Below, in pieces: positions 10,728-19,230 of a stretch of DNA of 37,680 nucleotides (within the stretch, counting starts at the first letter, position 1; each line of letters opens with the position of its first letter). This stretch comes from Chloroflexota bacterium. GTDB taxonomy: Bacteria; Chloroflexota; Dehalococcoidia; Dehalococcoidales; JAZDNC01. The notes below the pieces were generated by a model. That model made no database searches. It was not told the origin of the DNA and was given only the letters and a program-made list of their open reading frames with translations. The stretch spans positions 1-37,680 of the forward strand of contig JBDRFO010000099.1 in assembly GCA_043818655.1 (NCBI GenBank), written 5' to 3'. Made by a program: the position numbers and the translations under genes.

Positions 10728-11951
10728 TTAATCAGCTGTGTCCAGTTTAAATGCCTGATGCAGGGCAACGACAGCATCCTTTACCCTGCTTTCCTCCACA
10801 ATGCAGGTGATTCTTATTTCGGAGGTGCTGATCATCTGGATGTTAATATTCTGTTCTGCCAGCGTGGCAAACATGCGCGCCGCATAACCGGGGGCATTTT
10901 GCATACCCGTACCAATGATGCTAACCTTACCCAGCCTGTCATCACTGACGCACCCGACCGCACCCACAGACTTAGCCACAGACTCCACCACTCCCATCGC
11001 TTCACCCAGCTTACCCATGGCCACCGTAAAGGTCAGATCGGTAATATTGTTCGCACTGGCATTCTGCACAATGGTATCAACGCTGATGCCGGCCTCCGCC
11101 AGTGGCTGAAAGATGGCAGCCGCAATGCCCGGCAGATCCGGCACGCCAACCACCGTAATCTTGGCCACATCAAAATCGTGGGCGATTCCCCTCACCTTAT
11201 TCCTGACTTCCATCGCAGATACTCCTCTATGAATCAGTGTCCCCGGCCCCTCAGCAAAGCTGGAGGAAACCTGAATAGGCACCTGAAAGATCTCCCCAAG
11301 CTCTACTGCCCGGGGATGAACCATCTTTGCCCCGTAGGTAGCCATCTCAAGCATTTCTTCATAGCTTATCTCATCCAGCCTCCTCGCCTCAGGAACAAGG
11401 CGAGGGTCGGCAGTATAGATACCGTCAACATCGGTAAATCGCTGGCAACAATCCGCCTTCAGTGCCGCCGCCAGGGCAACCGCGGTCGTATCCGAGCCAC
11501 CCCGCCCCAGCGTGGTTGTATCCATGCCGTCGGTCACACCCTGAAAGCCGGCAACAATGACGATCTTTCCTGTTGCTATCTCCGCCACCACCCGACTGGC
11601 GTCTATCTTCAGGATATGCGCCTGGCTATAGGCACAGTCCGTCTGGATGCCAGCCTGAGCACCCGTCAGACTGATAGCATCATAGCCAATCTCCTTGAGC
11701 GCCATAGCAAGAAGGGTGCTGGAAACGATCTCACCGGTGGAGAGAAGAACGTCAAGCTCCCTCTTGCTGGGGCGATGGGATATCTCGTGGGCAAGCTGGA
11801 TCAGGTCATCAGTCGTATCCCCCATGGCCGAGGCAACAACAACCACCTGATTTCCTTTGTCCCAGGTGTTGGCGATTCTCCGGGCTACTTTACGGATACA
11901 CCCGGCATTCGCCAGGGACGTCCCACCGTATTTCTGTACAAATAAAGACAT
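10728..11951 (-). CDS. lysC: Aspartate kinase
   Basis: 407 aa. N-terminal VQKYGGTSL kinase motif and two C-terminal ACT-like regions. Starts 17 bp after the upstream apgM-like gene. Confidence 0.95.
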   Translation of the reverse strand: MSLFVQKYGGTSLANAGCIRKVARRIANTWDKGNQVVVVASAMGDTTDDLIQLAHEISHRPSKRELDVLLSTGEIVSSTLLAMALKEIGYDAISLTGAQAGIQTDCAYSQAHILKIDASRVVAEIATGKIVIVAGFQGVTDGMDTTTLGRGGSDTTAVALAAALKADCCQRFTDVDGIYTADPRLVPEARRLDEISYEEMLEMATYGAKMVHPRAVELGEIFQVPIQVSSSFAEGPGTLIHRGVSAMEVRNKVRGIAHDFDVAKITVVGVPDLPGIAAAIFQPLAEAGISVDTIVQNASANNITDLTFTVAMGKLGEAMGVVESVAKSVGAVGCVSDDRLGKVSIIGTGMQNAPGYAARMFATLAEQNINIQMISTSEIRITCIVEESRVKDAVVALHQAFKLDTAD

Positions 11952-11968
11952 TGTTATCCCCTAAAACA

Positions 11969-13169
11969 TCAAGAGCCTATTTTCACCTTTTTCACCAGCT
12001 GACGCATAATATTATATCCATCTTCGATAAAAAAGCCAGTATCTTTTGCCTTATTTTCGGTAATTCTTTCGGCTGAGTTCGGGAGAATCCCTGCCCCCCA
12101 CATCAGGAAGGGGACAGGGTCAGGAATATGCGTACGGCAGGCGACAGGTGTCGGGTGATCGGGCATCACAAGCACCCGCAGGGAATCACCACGATACTGC
12201 CGTATCTGGCGGATAATCTCTGCATCCACCCTCTCGATCGCCTCTATCTTCTCATCAGCGTCCCCCGGCATGACCGGCCTCATCGGTTGCCTCGATATGA
12301 ATGACCACCAGGTCATAACGGTCAAGCGCCTCAAGGGCACCCCGTCCCTGACCGGCAAAATCATTGTCCAGATTATCCGTCACACCGGAAAGATCAAGCA
12401 GATCCAGCCCCACCATGAGCGCCAGCCCGCGCAGGACATCCACCGCTGATGTTATTGCGGCTCTGACGCCGTACCGCTTCCTGAAGTCGGGCATGGGCGT
12501 CGCCTGCCCGCTACCCCAGAAGAGCCAGAGCATGTTTGCCGCCGGAAGCCCGCGCTGCTGCCGCTCCCTGTTTACGTGATGCCCTGCCAGCACTGCTTCC
12601 GAGCGCCGCATAAGGTCCCGCAAAAGCCCGCTTCCCGGGCCATCAGGCAAAAACTCACGAATAGACCTGCCCGGGATGTCATGGGGCGGGGTACAGGTGG
12701 CACCGAGGGTATCATCATGCCCGGTGAGTTTGCAGATGTTCCGGTAGCTCACGCCGGGATAGAAGCAGACGCCGTCACCGCCCAGATTCTCGTTCAGGGC
12801 AGCGATAAGCGCACCCGCTTCTTCGCTCGTGATATGCCCGCCGCTATAGTCATGCATCCGTCCGTCGCGTACGGCGACCAGATTCGCCCGGAAGAGCGCG
12901 CCGCTATCAGCGGCAATGCCCATGCTCCTGGCTTCAATCGCCGCCCGCCCCTGATGGTAGCGCCCGGGGTCATATCCCAGTATGGACATGCAGGCATTGT
13001 CGCTGGATGGCTCCAGACCGTCCGGGATGGTGCGTGTCAGCCCGACCAGACCTTCCCGCGCCATCGCATCCAGATGCGGGGTTCGCGCCAGCTCCAGCGA
13101 GGTCTTATTCCCCCGCTCCGGTAACGGCCAGCCAGCGGCACCATCGACAATCACAACACAGTATTTCAT
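11969..13169 (-). pseudogene. Cofactor-independent phosphoglycerate mutase (archaeal ApgM) / proposed homoserine kinase family, frame-disrupted
   Basis: Two overlapping ORFs (12255..13169 and 11969..12364) together cover one metalloenzyme. ...VVIHIEATDEAGHAG is followed in the other frame by DADEKIEAIERVD.... Deleting one G from the G5 run (C5 at 12262-12266 on the plus strand) restores HAGDADEKIEAIE. Confidence 0.8.
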
Positions 13170-13230
13170 TTTGCGGCCTTATTCCCTTTCTGATTTTTCC
13201 CCTGCAATGTAAGTTAACAAATAGCAAAAG

Positions 13231-13259
13231 TTGTGACAAAAGTCAAATCAGGTTATAAT
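13231..13259 (+). promoter_or_regulatory. Candidate sigma-70 promoter upstream of tRNA-Pro
   Basis: TTGTGA (13231-13236), 17-nt spacer, TATAAT (13254-13259), about 100 nt before the tRNA. Confidence 0.45.
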
Positions 13260-13268
13260 ACAGCAGTC

Positions 13269-13278
13269 ATCCGGAAGC
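13269..13278 (+). repeat. ATCCGGAAGC core copy
   Basis: ATCCGGAAGC lies about 10 nt downstream of the -10 element above. Only the left half of the motif is conserved. Confidence 0.35.
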
Positions 13279-13359
13279 CCGGCATCGCAAAACAGGGCAG
13301 CTTTTATGCCCGGGCACGAAGAATCGCTTCTGGATAGCTTATTGTAATACGATCAACAT

Positions 13360-13436
13360 CGGGGCGTAGCGCAGTTGGTTAGCGCGCAGCGTTCGGGACG
13401 CTGAGGCCGGTGGTTCGAGTCCACTCGCCCCGACCA
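13360..13436 (+). tRNA. tRNA-Pro (anticodon CGG)
   Basis: 77-nt cloverleaf folded by hand. Acceptor CGGGGCG/CGCCCCG, D stem GCGC/GCGC, anticodon stem CAGCG/CGCTG with loop TTCGGGA, T stem GGTGG/CCACT with loop TTCGAGT, discriminator A, encoded CCA. Confidence 0.93.
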
Positions 13437-13497
13437 GACCGGAGCTTAATGAATAAACGCACGTCAGGCTGCGTAAAAGAGCGGATACGCTCCTTCG

Positions 13498-14283
13498 TCA
13501 TCGCTCCTCAGCCTCCTTCACCTCCTCCCATAGCTCATTCTGCGCATCAAAAGAAAGATCGCGGAAACTCTGACCCCGCTTACGGCACATCTCCTCCATC
13601 GCGCTAAAACGCCGGTAAAAGCGACCGCCGGCTTCCCTGAGCGCCGACTCAGGGTCAATCTCCATGCGGCGGGCAACATTCACCAGGGTAAAAAGAATGT
13701 CACCGAACTCCTCGGCTTGCCGCTGCTTGCTCTCCGCTTCCTTCAGCTCCGCCACCTCCTCGACCAGTTTATCAATGATGTCCCCGGCATCCTTCCAGTC
13801 AAAGCCCGCCTGTGCCGCCCGCTGTTGTATCTCCTGGCTGTAGGCAAGAGAGGGCAGCGCCACGGGTACACTGTCAAGAAGGGATTTTTCTGCACCCTTC
13901 TCCTGCTGCTTGATTGCCTGCCAGTTACGGAGCACCTCGGCAGTATCCCTGACACTGACATCACCAAAGACATGGGGATGACGGGAGATGAGTTTTGTGT
14001 TGATTCCTTTAATGACGTCGGCAATGGTAAACTCCCCAGCCTCCGCGGCAATTTGGGCATGAAGCACAATCTGCATCAGCAGGTCGCCCAGCTCCTCACA
14101 AAGCTCCGGGGCACTCCCACGGTCAAGTGCCTCCAGCACCTCGTAGCACTCGCCAAGCAGGTTCTGCCTGAGGGAGAGATGTGTCTGCTCCCTGTCCCAG
14201 GGACAGCCCTCCGGGCTGCGGAGCTGCGCAATGACAGTTACCAGCGCCTCAAACCGGGTCAAATCCAGATCAGATAAATCCAA
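13498..14283 (-). CDS. mazG: Nucleoside triphosphate pyrophosphohydrolase MazG
   Basis: 261 aa with two MazG-type repeats (CPWDREQTHLSLRQNLLGECYEVLEAL; EEFGDILFTLVNVARRMEIDPE). Confidence 0.9.
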   Translation of the reverse strand: MDLSDLDLTRFEALVTVIAQLRSPEGCPWDREQTHLSLRQNLLGECYEVLEALDRGSAPELCEELGDLLMQIVLHAQIAAEAGEFTIADVIKGINTKLISRHPHVFGDVSVRDTAEVLRNWQAIKQQEKGAEKSLLDSVPVALPSLAYSQEIQQRAAQAGFDWKDAGDIIDKLVEEVAELKEAESKQRQAEEFGDILFTLVNVARRMEIDPESALREAGGRFYRRFSAMEEMCRKRGQSFRDLSFDAQNELWEEVKEAEER

Positions 14284-14451
14284 TTTCCCCCTCCTTCGCA
14301 GTCATCCCAAAAGGCTTACGACTACACCATAGTTGCTAACGCGACGGGCAAGTATTTTATAGTCTATCCCGGAACTCATCCTTTGAGGGTGGAATCGCCT
14401 GCCGGTTAGCTTCAGATGCCAGCTTTCCGAATAGATTGTCACTGCCAAACA

Positions 14452-15408
14452 TCAGCCGGGGAGCACGGAGCCAACAAACCCCCGCTGCCCCCGCATGAAC
14501 TCTGCCGCCGACATAATCCGCTTGCCCTCAAGCTGAAGCTCCCGTACCCCGAGAACACCATCGCCGGTAATGACACCGAAAGGCGCTTCCCCGGAAGGCT
14601 CATCAAGCCCGATCACCCTGCCCGCTTCAGAGGCGCCTGCTTTCGGCAAAGGCAGAGCGGAGATAATCTTAAGCTTCTTACCCCGCCACCCGGTGAAGGC
14701 GCCGGGCCAGGGCTGAAAGGCGCGCACCTGCCGCCAGAGCGTTAATGCCGGCAGCATCCAGTCAATCTCGCCGTCCTTGCGGGACAGGGGAGACGAACAG
14801 GTGGCACGGGATTCATCCTGCGGTTTGGGTGTCAGCGCGCCGCTCACCCAGGGATGCAGGGTTTTGCTCAATAAATCAGCGGCAACCAGAGAGAGCTTTT
14901 GCGTGAGCGAAGTGGTGGTATCGGTGTCCGCAACGGGAAACTGACACTGTGAGAGCACCGGGCCGGTATCAAACCCTTTGTCCATGAGCATGATGCTCAC
15001 CCCACTCACCTCATCACCGGACAGAATCGCGGCTGCCACCGGCGCCGGGCCACGGTGGCGCGGCAGCAGCGAAGGATGCACATTAACACACCCGTACCCC
15101 GGAATTTTCAGAACGGAAGACGTCAGAAGTTTGGCGTAGGCGGCAACGACAATGAGGTCAGGATGAAAACGGGCAAGCCCCGCCACCACCACCTCAGACC
15201 TGAGGCTTTCCGGCTCGATTACCTTAAGACCCAGGGACAGCGCCTTTATCTTCACCGGGGAAGAGACGAGAGCAAGCCCCCTGCCCGCTGGCTTATCGGG
15301 CCGGGTATAAACAGCCGCTACCTGGTATCCACCAAGCACCAGATGCTCCAGGGAAGGCACCGCAAACTCAGAGGTACCCATGAAAACGACCTTCAATTTG
15401 CTCGCCAC
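14452..15408 (-). CDS. fmt: Methionyl-tRNA formyltransferase
   Basis: 318 aa. Motifs VVFMGTSEFAVPSL and NVHPSLLPRHRGPAP. GTG start with GAGGTGA 5 nt upstream. Confidence 0.93.
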   Translation of the reverse strand: MASKLKVVFMGTSEFAVPSLEHLVLGGYQVAAVYTRPDKPAGRGLALVSSPVKIKALSLGLKVIEPESLRSEVVVAGLARFHPDLIVVAAYAKLLTSSVLKIPGYGCVNVHPSLLPRHRGPAPVAAAILSGDEVSGVSIMLMDKGFDTGPVLSQCQFPVADTDTTTSLTQKLSLVAADLLSKTLHPWVSGALTPKPQDESRATCSSPLSRKDGEIDWMLPALTLWRQVRAFQPWPGAFTGWRGKKLKIISALPLPKAGASEAGRVIGLDEPSGEAPFGVITGDGVLGVRELQLEGKRIMSAAEFMRGQRGFVGSVLPG

Positions 15409-15530
15409 TTGCTCACCTCGCTACCGTTCTCTAGATTCTAACACGACGATACGAAGGCGACAATGTTCGCTTGACCGCACCAGATGAAGAAGATGCTAAA
15501 ATAATCCGCATAAAAGATTTTATCAGGGCG

Positions 15531-15553
15531 ATCCGGAAACTGTTTTCCCGAAT
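15531..15553 (+). repeat. ATCCGGAAAC-motif copy
   Basis: ATCCGGAAACTGTTTTCCCGAAT in the fmt-dnaA divergent intergenic region. Confidence 0.55.
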
Positions 15554-16010
15554 GCAAGCAGTTAATATGCCTTATCCTGGCAGCCTGAGTTTCGGGATGG
15601 TTTTAAGAACCATCCTTCTCAAGAGAGCCAATAAATGCGACCGATGAGGAAGGCAACAGAATAACGAGCAGAAAAGTTTTTTACCAGAAAAAAGGACTGA
15701 ATAATATAGTACTAATTTCCAACGGCGCAAAACCGGCTGATAACGCTTGTCTGATTGCGGCAGGTGAGGAAGTCGCCAAAACAACAAGCAAGAAAGACCT
15801 TGTATGAGAAAAACAGGCCCTATCAGTTGCCACCAATCAACATGACGAAATTTGCCCTGTAGAAATTTGACTGCTAGGATTTAGGGCAGGTTTTACAAAA
15901 ATCCAGTTCAAATTCCGCATCCCTCACGGGAGTCAAAACAAATACATCTGCTCAGGTGCTCAGGGCGGGGTTTTCCCTTTTTGGTGTGGAGGTAAGGCAA
16001 GGAGACCAGA

Positions 16011-17363
16011 ATGGAACTGCGGTCAGCACAGACAATATGGGAGACAGCGCTGGGGGAGTTACAGATACAGGTTAGCCGACCAAACTACCGTACCTGGCTG
16101 GAAAAGACAATCGGACTGAGCTGCCAGGAGAGCGAATTCATCATCGGCGTGCCCAATACATTTGTCGCCGAGTATCTTCGAAAAAACCAGTACTCCATCA
16201 TTGAAAAAACCTTAATTAACATTATGCACCGGAATATCCGGGCATCCTTCAAAGTATATTCCGGCAGAAAAAGCCAGCGGGAGACAAACACGAGCCACGG
16301 GGAAATCATCCCGGCGACCGCTTCAAGCGCCCTCAGGCTGCACCCTTCATATACCTTTGCTTCTTTTGTCGTCGGTAACTGTAACCGCCTTGCCTGTGCC
16401 GCCTCCCAGGAGGTAGCCCACCACCCCGGACACAGCTATAACCCACTTTTCATCTACGGCGGTGTCGGGCTGGGGAAAACACATCTCCTCCAGGCAATCG
16501 GACATACCGGTCTCGCCGGCAACTGCCAGGTCCTCTATGTCAGCGGTGAGGAGTTTACCAACGAGTTTGTCACCGCCGTGAGGGACAGAAAGATGGCAGA
16601 CTTCCGGTCCAGATACCGGAGCACCGACGTGCTTCTCATGGATGACATCCAGTTCATCGGCGGCAAGGAGCAGACGGAGGAGTGTTTTTTCCATACCTTC
16701 AACGAGCTACACAACTCCGGCCGCCAGATTGTTATAACCTGCGACAAGACACCGGAGGAAATACCAAAATTTTCCGCGCGACTGCGCTCCCGCTTCGAGT
16801 GGGGACTGGTTGTCGACATCAAGAAGCCTGACATCGAAACACGCCGCGCCATACTTAAGGCCAAAGCGGAGAGAGATGGCGCCGATATCAATCCTGCTAC
16901 CCTGGATTTTATTGCGGAGCACGTCCAGGAAAACATCAGAACACTGGAAGGCAGTCTTAACCGTGTCGTCGCCTACGCAAAGCTCCTTAATACGATGCTC
17001 ACCCCGGAAATTGCTGCCGCAGCACTCACCGATATCGCCAGCAAGGCAGAAAAAGCGGTAAAACCGGATCGCTTCATCCCGTCAAGGGTGATCGAGGCCG
17101 TTGCGCATAGTTTTCAGTTATCACCGGAAGACCTGACCGGACGCAAGAGAGACAGGGAGACAGCCCTTGCCCGTGAGGTTGCCGTGTACATGCTGCGCAA
17201 AGGAAACAGCTTCTCGCTGGCGGAAATCGGGAGAGAGCTTGGCGGGCGAAACCCTTCCACCGTCAGTCATGCTTATCACAAGATAGAAGGCTTTCTGGAG
17301 AGCAGTCCCTATCTCAAGCAGAAGCTGCAGGATATCCACGAGGTACTGTCTTTAAAGAACTGA
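16011..17363 (+). CDS. dnaA: Chromosomal replication initiator protein DnaA
   Basis: 450 aa. Walker A GGVGLGKTHLL, DDIQF, and the C-terminal DNA-binding signature SLAEIGRELGGRNPSTVSHAYHKI. SD AAGGAG lies 7 nt before the ATG. Confidence 0.97.
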   Translation: MELRSAQTIWETALGELQIQVSRPNYRTWLEKTIGLSCQESEFIIGVPNTFVAEYLRKNQYSIIEKTLINIMHRNIRASFKVYSGRKSQRETNTSHGEIIPATASSALRLHPSYTFASFVVGNCNRLACAASQEVAHHPGHSYNPLFIYGGVGLGKTHLLQAIGHTGLAGNCQVLYVSGEEFTNEFVTAVRDRKMADFRSRYRSTDVLLMDDIQFIGGKEQTEECFFHTFNELHNSGRQIVITCDKTPEEIPKFSARLRSRFEWGLVVDIKKPDIETRRAILKAKAERDGADINPATLDFIAEHVQENIRTLEGSLNRVVAYAKLLNTMLTPEIAAAALTDIASKAEKAVKPDRFIPSRVIEAVAHSFQLSPEDLTGRKRDRETALAREVAVYMLRKGNSFSLAEIGRELGGRNPSTVSHAYHKIEGFLESSPYLKQKLQDIHEVLSLKN

Positions 17364-17452
17364 TAGCAGTCGGCTCATCAAACGGCCGTTCCCTTCTTGT
17401 TTAATCTCTTCCGGAACCGATTTCACCAAGCCAATCATAAGATATGCCCTAT

Positions 17453-17475
17453 CTTGTGATACCAGGTTTCCGGAT
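17453..17475 (-). repeat. ATCCGGAAAC-motif copy (variant with CCWGGTA tail)
   Basis: Minus strand reads ATCCGGAAACCTGGTATCACAAG. It shares the ATCCGGAAACCWGGTA form with the copy at 6945-6967. Confidence 0.5.
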
Positions 17476-17726
17476 GGCTTTTTGCACAACTCTATACCTA
17501 CCCCCGAAGTTTATCTCATAAATACCGGGAACCATTATTTTACCAGCTAAGGCATTTTCGCTTTTTTGTTTTCTGTCACACTCAGCAGTTGCACAAATAT
17601 TGCATAGATCACCGTGATTTTTTGATAAAACACCGGATTTTTGCATAACCACCCCGGTTGCTGATACACGTGCTGGGGACAGTCATCCGGTTACAGACGG
17701 GCTTTTCCTGCTTCAACTGCCCGTGT

Positions 17727-17825
17727 TGTGATATATTATGATTACCAAATATATTAAAGAAATACGAAGCTTTATATCTATTATGATTGTTATCAAAACA
17801 GTGTGATTGTTTATGATTGATAAAG
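17727..17825. other. AT-rich tract with TTATGATT(G) repeats, candidate unwinding element / oriC part
   Basis: Visibly AT-rich stretch directly downstream of dnaA. It contains TTATGATT at 17736, 17781 and 17811, plus an inverted copy at 17432-17440. The last copy overlaps the obg start. Confidence 0.3.
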
Positions 17826-18868
17826 TAACCATAAAGGTAGTTGCCGGGAAGGGTGGTGACGGCAACGCGAGCTTTCGCCGGGAGAAGTTTGTTCCCTTCG
17901 GTGGTCCTGACGGTGGAGATGGTGGCAGGGGTGGGGATGTGATTGTTCGGGCTGACCCACACCTGACAGACCTGCGCGGTTTCCGCCGCAGGAGGCTTTT
18001 CCGCGCGGAAAATGGGGCAGGGGGTGGAGCAAAGAAAAAACACGGTGCAACGGGGCAGGACCTGGTGCTCAGTGTTCCCCCGGGTACAGTGGTCTCCTCC
18101 GGTACGATCAGAGATGGGGACACTCTTCCTGCCGACCTGAAGGATGATGGCGATGAGATTGTGGTGGCGCGCGGTGGCAGGGGGGGACTGGGTAATGTTC
18201 ATTTTGCCACACCTAGCAACCAGGCGCCGGAAAGGACGGAAAAAGGAAGGCCGGGTGATGAGCGTGACCTTGTTCTGGAGATGAGACTGATTGCTGACGT
18301 TGGTGTTATCGGCTATCCCAACAGCGGCAAATCCACCCTGCTGACGATGGTCTCGGCTGCCCGTCCCCGGATTGCCGGTTACGCCTTTACCACCCTGGAA
18401 CCGGTGCTGGGGCTGGTCGAGGTGGGGCTGGAGAGCTTCGTGCTGGCTGAGATACCGGGCCTGATTGAGGATGCCCATCTGGGCAGGGGGCTGGGGCATG
18501 ATTTTCTGCGTCATGCGCTGCGTACAAGGGTACTACTGCACTTGATCGATGGCACAGTGGAAAACCCCGTATCCGGTATCAGGGCACTGAACCGGGAACT
18601 GACCCTGTTTGATACCGAGCTTACCCGTAAGCCGCAGATTATTGCGGTGAACAAGATTGACCTGCCTGACGTGAGGGCAAGAATTGACAAAATCAGGCAG
18701 GATTTTAAAGATAACAATCAGGATGTCTTTTTCATCTCTTCTGCCACCGGGGAAGGTGTCGGTCGTCTCATGACAGAGACCCTCATGGTTTTGCGGTCCG
18801 CCAGAAAGGAAGATGAATCAGCTCAGGAAGCACAGATCAAGATTTTTCGTCCCAGACCCAGGGAATAA
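17807..18868 (+). CDS. obg: GTPase Obg/CgtA
   Basis: 353 aa. Glycine-rich Obg fold (GKGGDGNASFRREKFVPFGGPDGGDGGRGGDVI) and G1 motif GYPNSGKST. The start is either TTG 17807 or ATG 17813. Confidence 0.95.
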   Translation: MFMIDKVTIKVVAGKGGDGNASFRREKFVPFGGPDGGDGGRGGDVIVRADPHLTDLRGFRRRRLFRAENGAGGGAKKKHGATGQDLVLSVPPGTVVSSGTIRDGDTLPADLKDDGDEIVVARGGRGGLGNVHFATPSNQAPERTEKGRPGDERDLVLEMRLIADVGVIGYPNSGKSTLLTMVSAARPRIAGYAFTTLEPVLGLVEVGLESFVLAEIPGLIEDAHLGRGLGHDFLRHALRTRVLLHLIDGTVENPVSGIRALNRELTLFDTELTRKPQIIAVNKIDLPDVRARIDKIRQDFKDNNQDVFFISSATGEGVGRLMTETLMVLRSARKEDESAQEAQIKIFRPRPRE

Positions 18869-18883
18869 GAAGCGATGCAGGCT

Positions 18884-18906
18884 ATCCGGAAGCTATTTTC
18901 CTGAAT
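18884..18906 (+). repeat. ATCCGGAAAC-motif copy
   Basis: ATCCGGAAGCTATTTTCCTGAAT, starting 16 nt after the obg stop. Confidence 0.55.
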
Positions 18907-18998
18907 AATTTAATGACTTACGCAGGTGTCGGCAGTTCCGTAAATGTGGCGGCAAAGTGTGTCTTTAACTGCGTAATGCCTTAGCCGGTAAAAATCAC

Positions 18999-19027
18999 TT
19001 GACAAAAACCATTCTTACGGGAATAAT
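18999..19027 (+). promoter_or_regulatory. Candidate sigma-70 promoter in the obg-nadD spacer
   Basis: TTGACA (18999-19004), 17-nt spacer, AATAAT (19022-19027). Confidence 0.4.
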
Positions 19028-19128
19028 TGCCCCTATTACCAAAAATGTGAGCCTTTGGGGCCAGGCTTTTTGTCAAAGGGGCATCAAGCAGGCAGTATTC
19101 AGGGATTTTGAAGCATATTTTAGAAATC

Positions 19129-19151
19129 ATCCGGAAACTCAATATTAGAAG
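19129..19151 (+). repeat. ATCCGGAAAC-motif copy (right half degenerate)
   Basis: ATCCGGAAACTCAATATTAGAAG, about 80 nt upstream of the nadD start. Confidence 0.45.
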
Positions 19152-19230
19152 ATAGAATCCATTTCATTCTAAGTTGAGGGAAAATAGTATCCTGGTCGCT
19201 TGAAATCTTGAGAAAGAGTTCTTTGATATT

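Noticed and set aside
10758-11945. 395-aa ORF on the plus strand spanning almost exactly the lysC locus
   Set aside because: It is antisense to a gene with unmistakable aspartokinase motifs, and its product is low-complexity and Arg/His/Gly-rich. Long shadow ORFs of this kind arise because the sense strand avoids codons whose complements are stops.
15531-15553. Reading the 23-bp motif as an ECF/sigma-E type promoter (GGAAC ... TCTGA)
   Set aside because: The GGAAAC and TCTGA words are only about 8 nt apart instead of the 16-17 nt needed between -35 and -10. Several copies also lie downstream of stop codons.
15572-15787. 71-aa minus-strand ORF in the fmt-dnaA spacer, and the 67-aa ORF at 17449..17652
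   Set aside because: Neither has an RBS, and both have hydrophobic or Arg-rich random-looking sequences. They sit in regions better explained as regulatory or origin-proximal non-coding DNA.
17609-18514. 301-aa minus-strand ORF overlapping obg, plus the nested 17713..18123 and 17811..18050 ORFs
   Set aside because: These are antisense to the clearly recognisable Obg GTPase. They have no start context or family resemblance and a Pro/Arg/Gly-rich shadow-frame composition.
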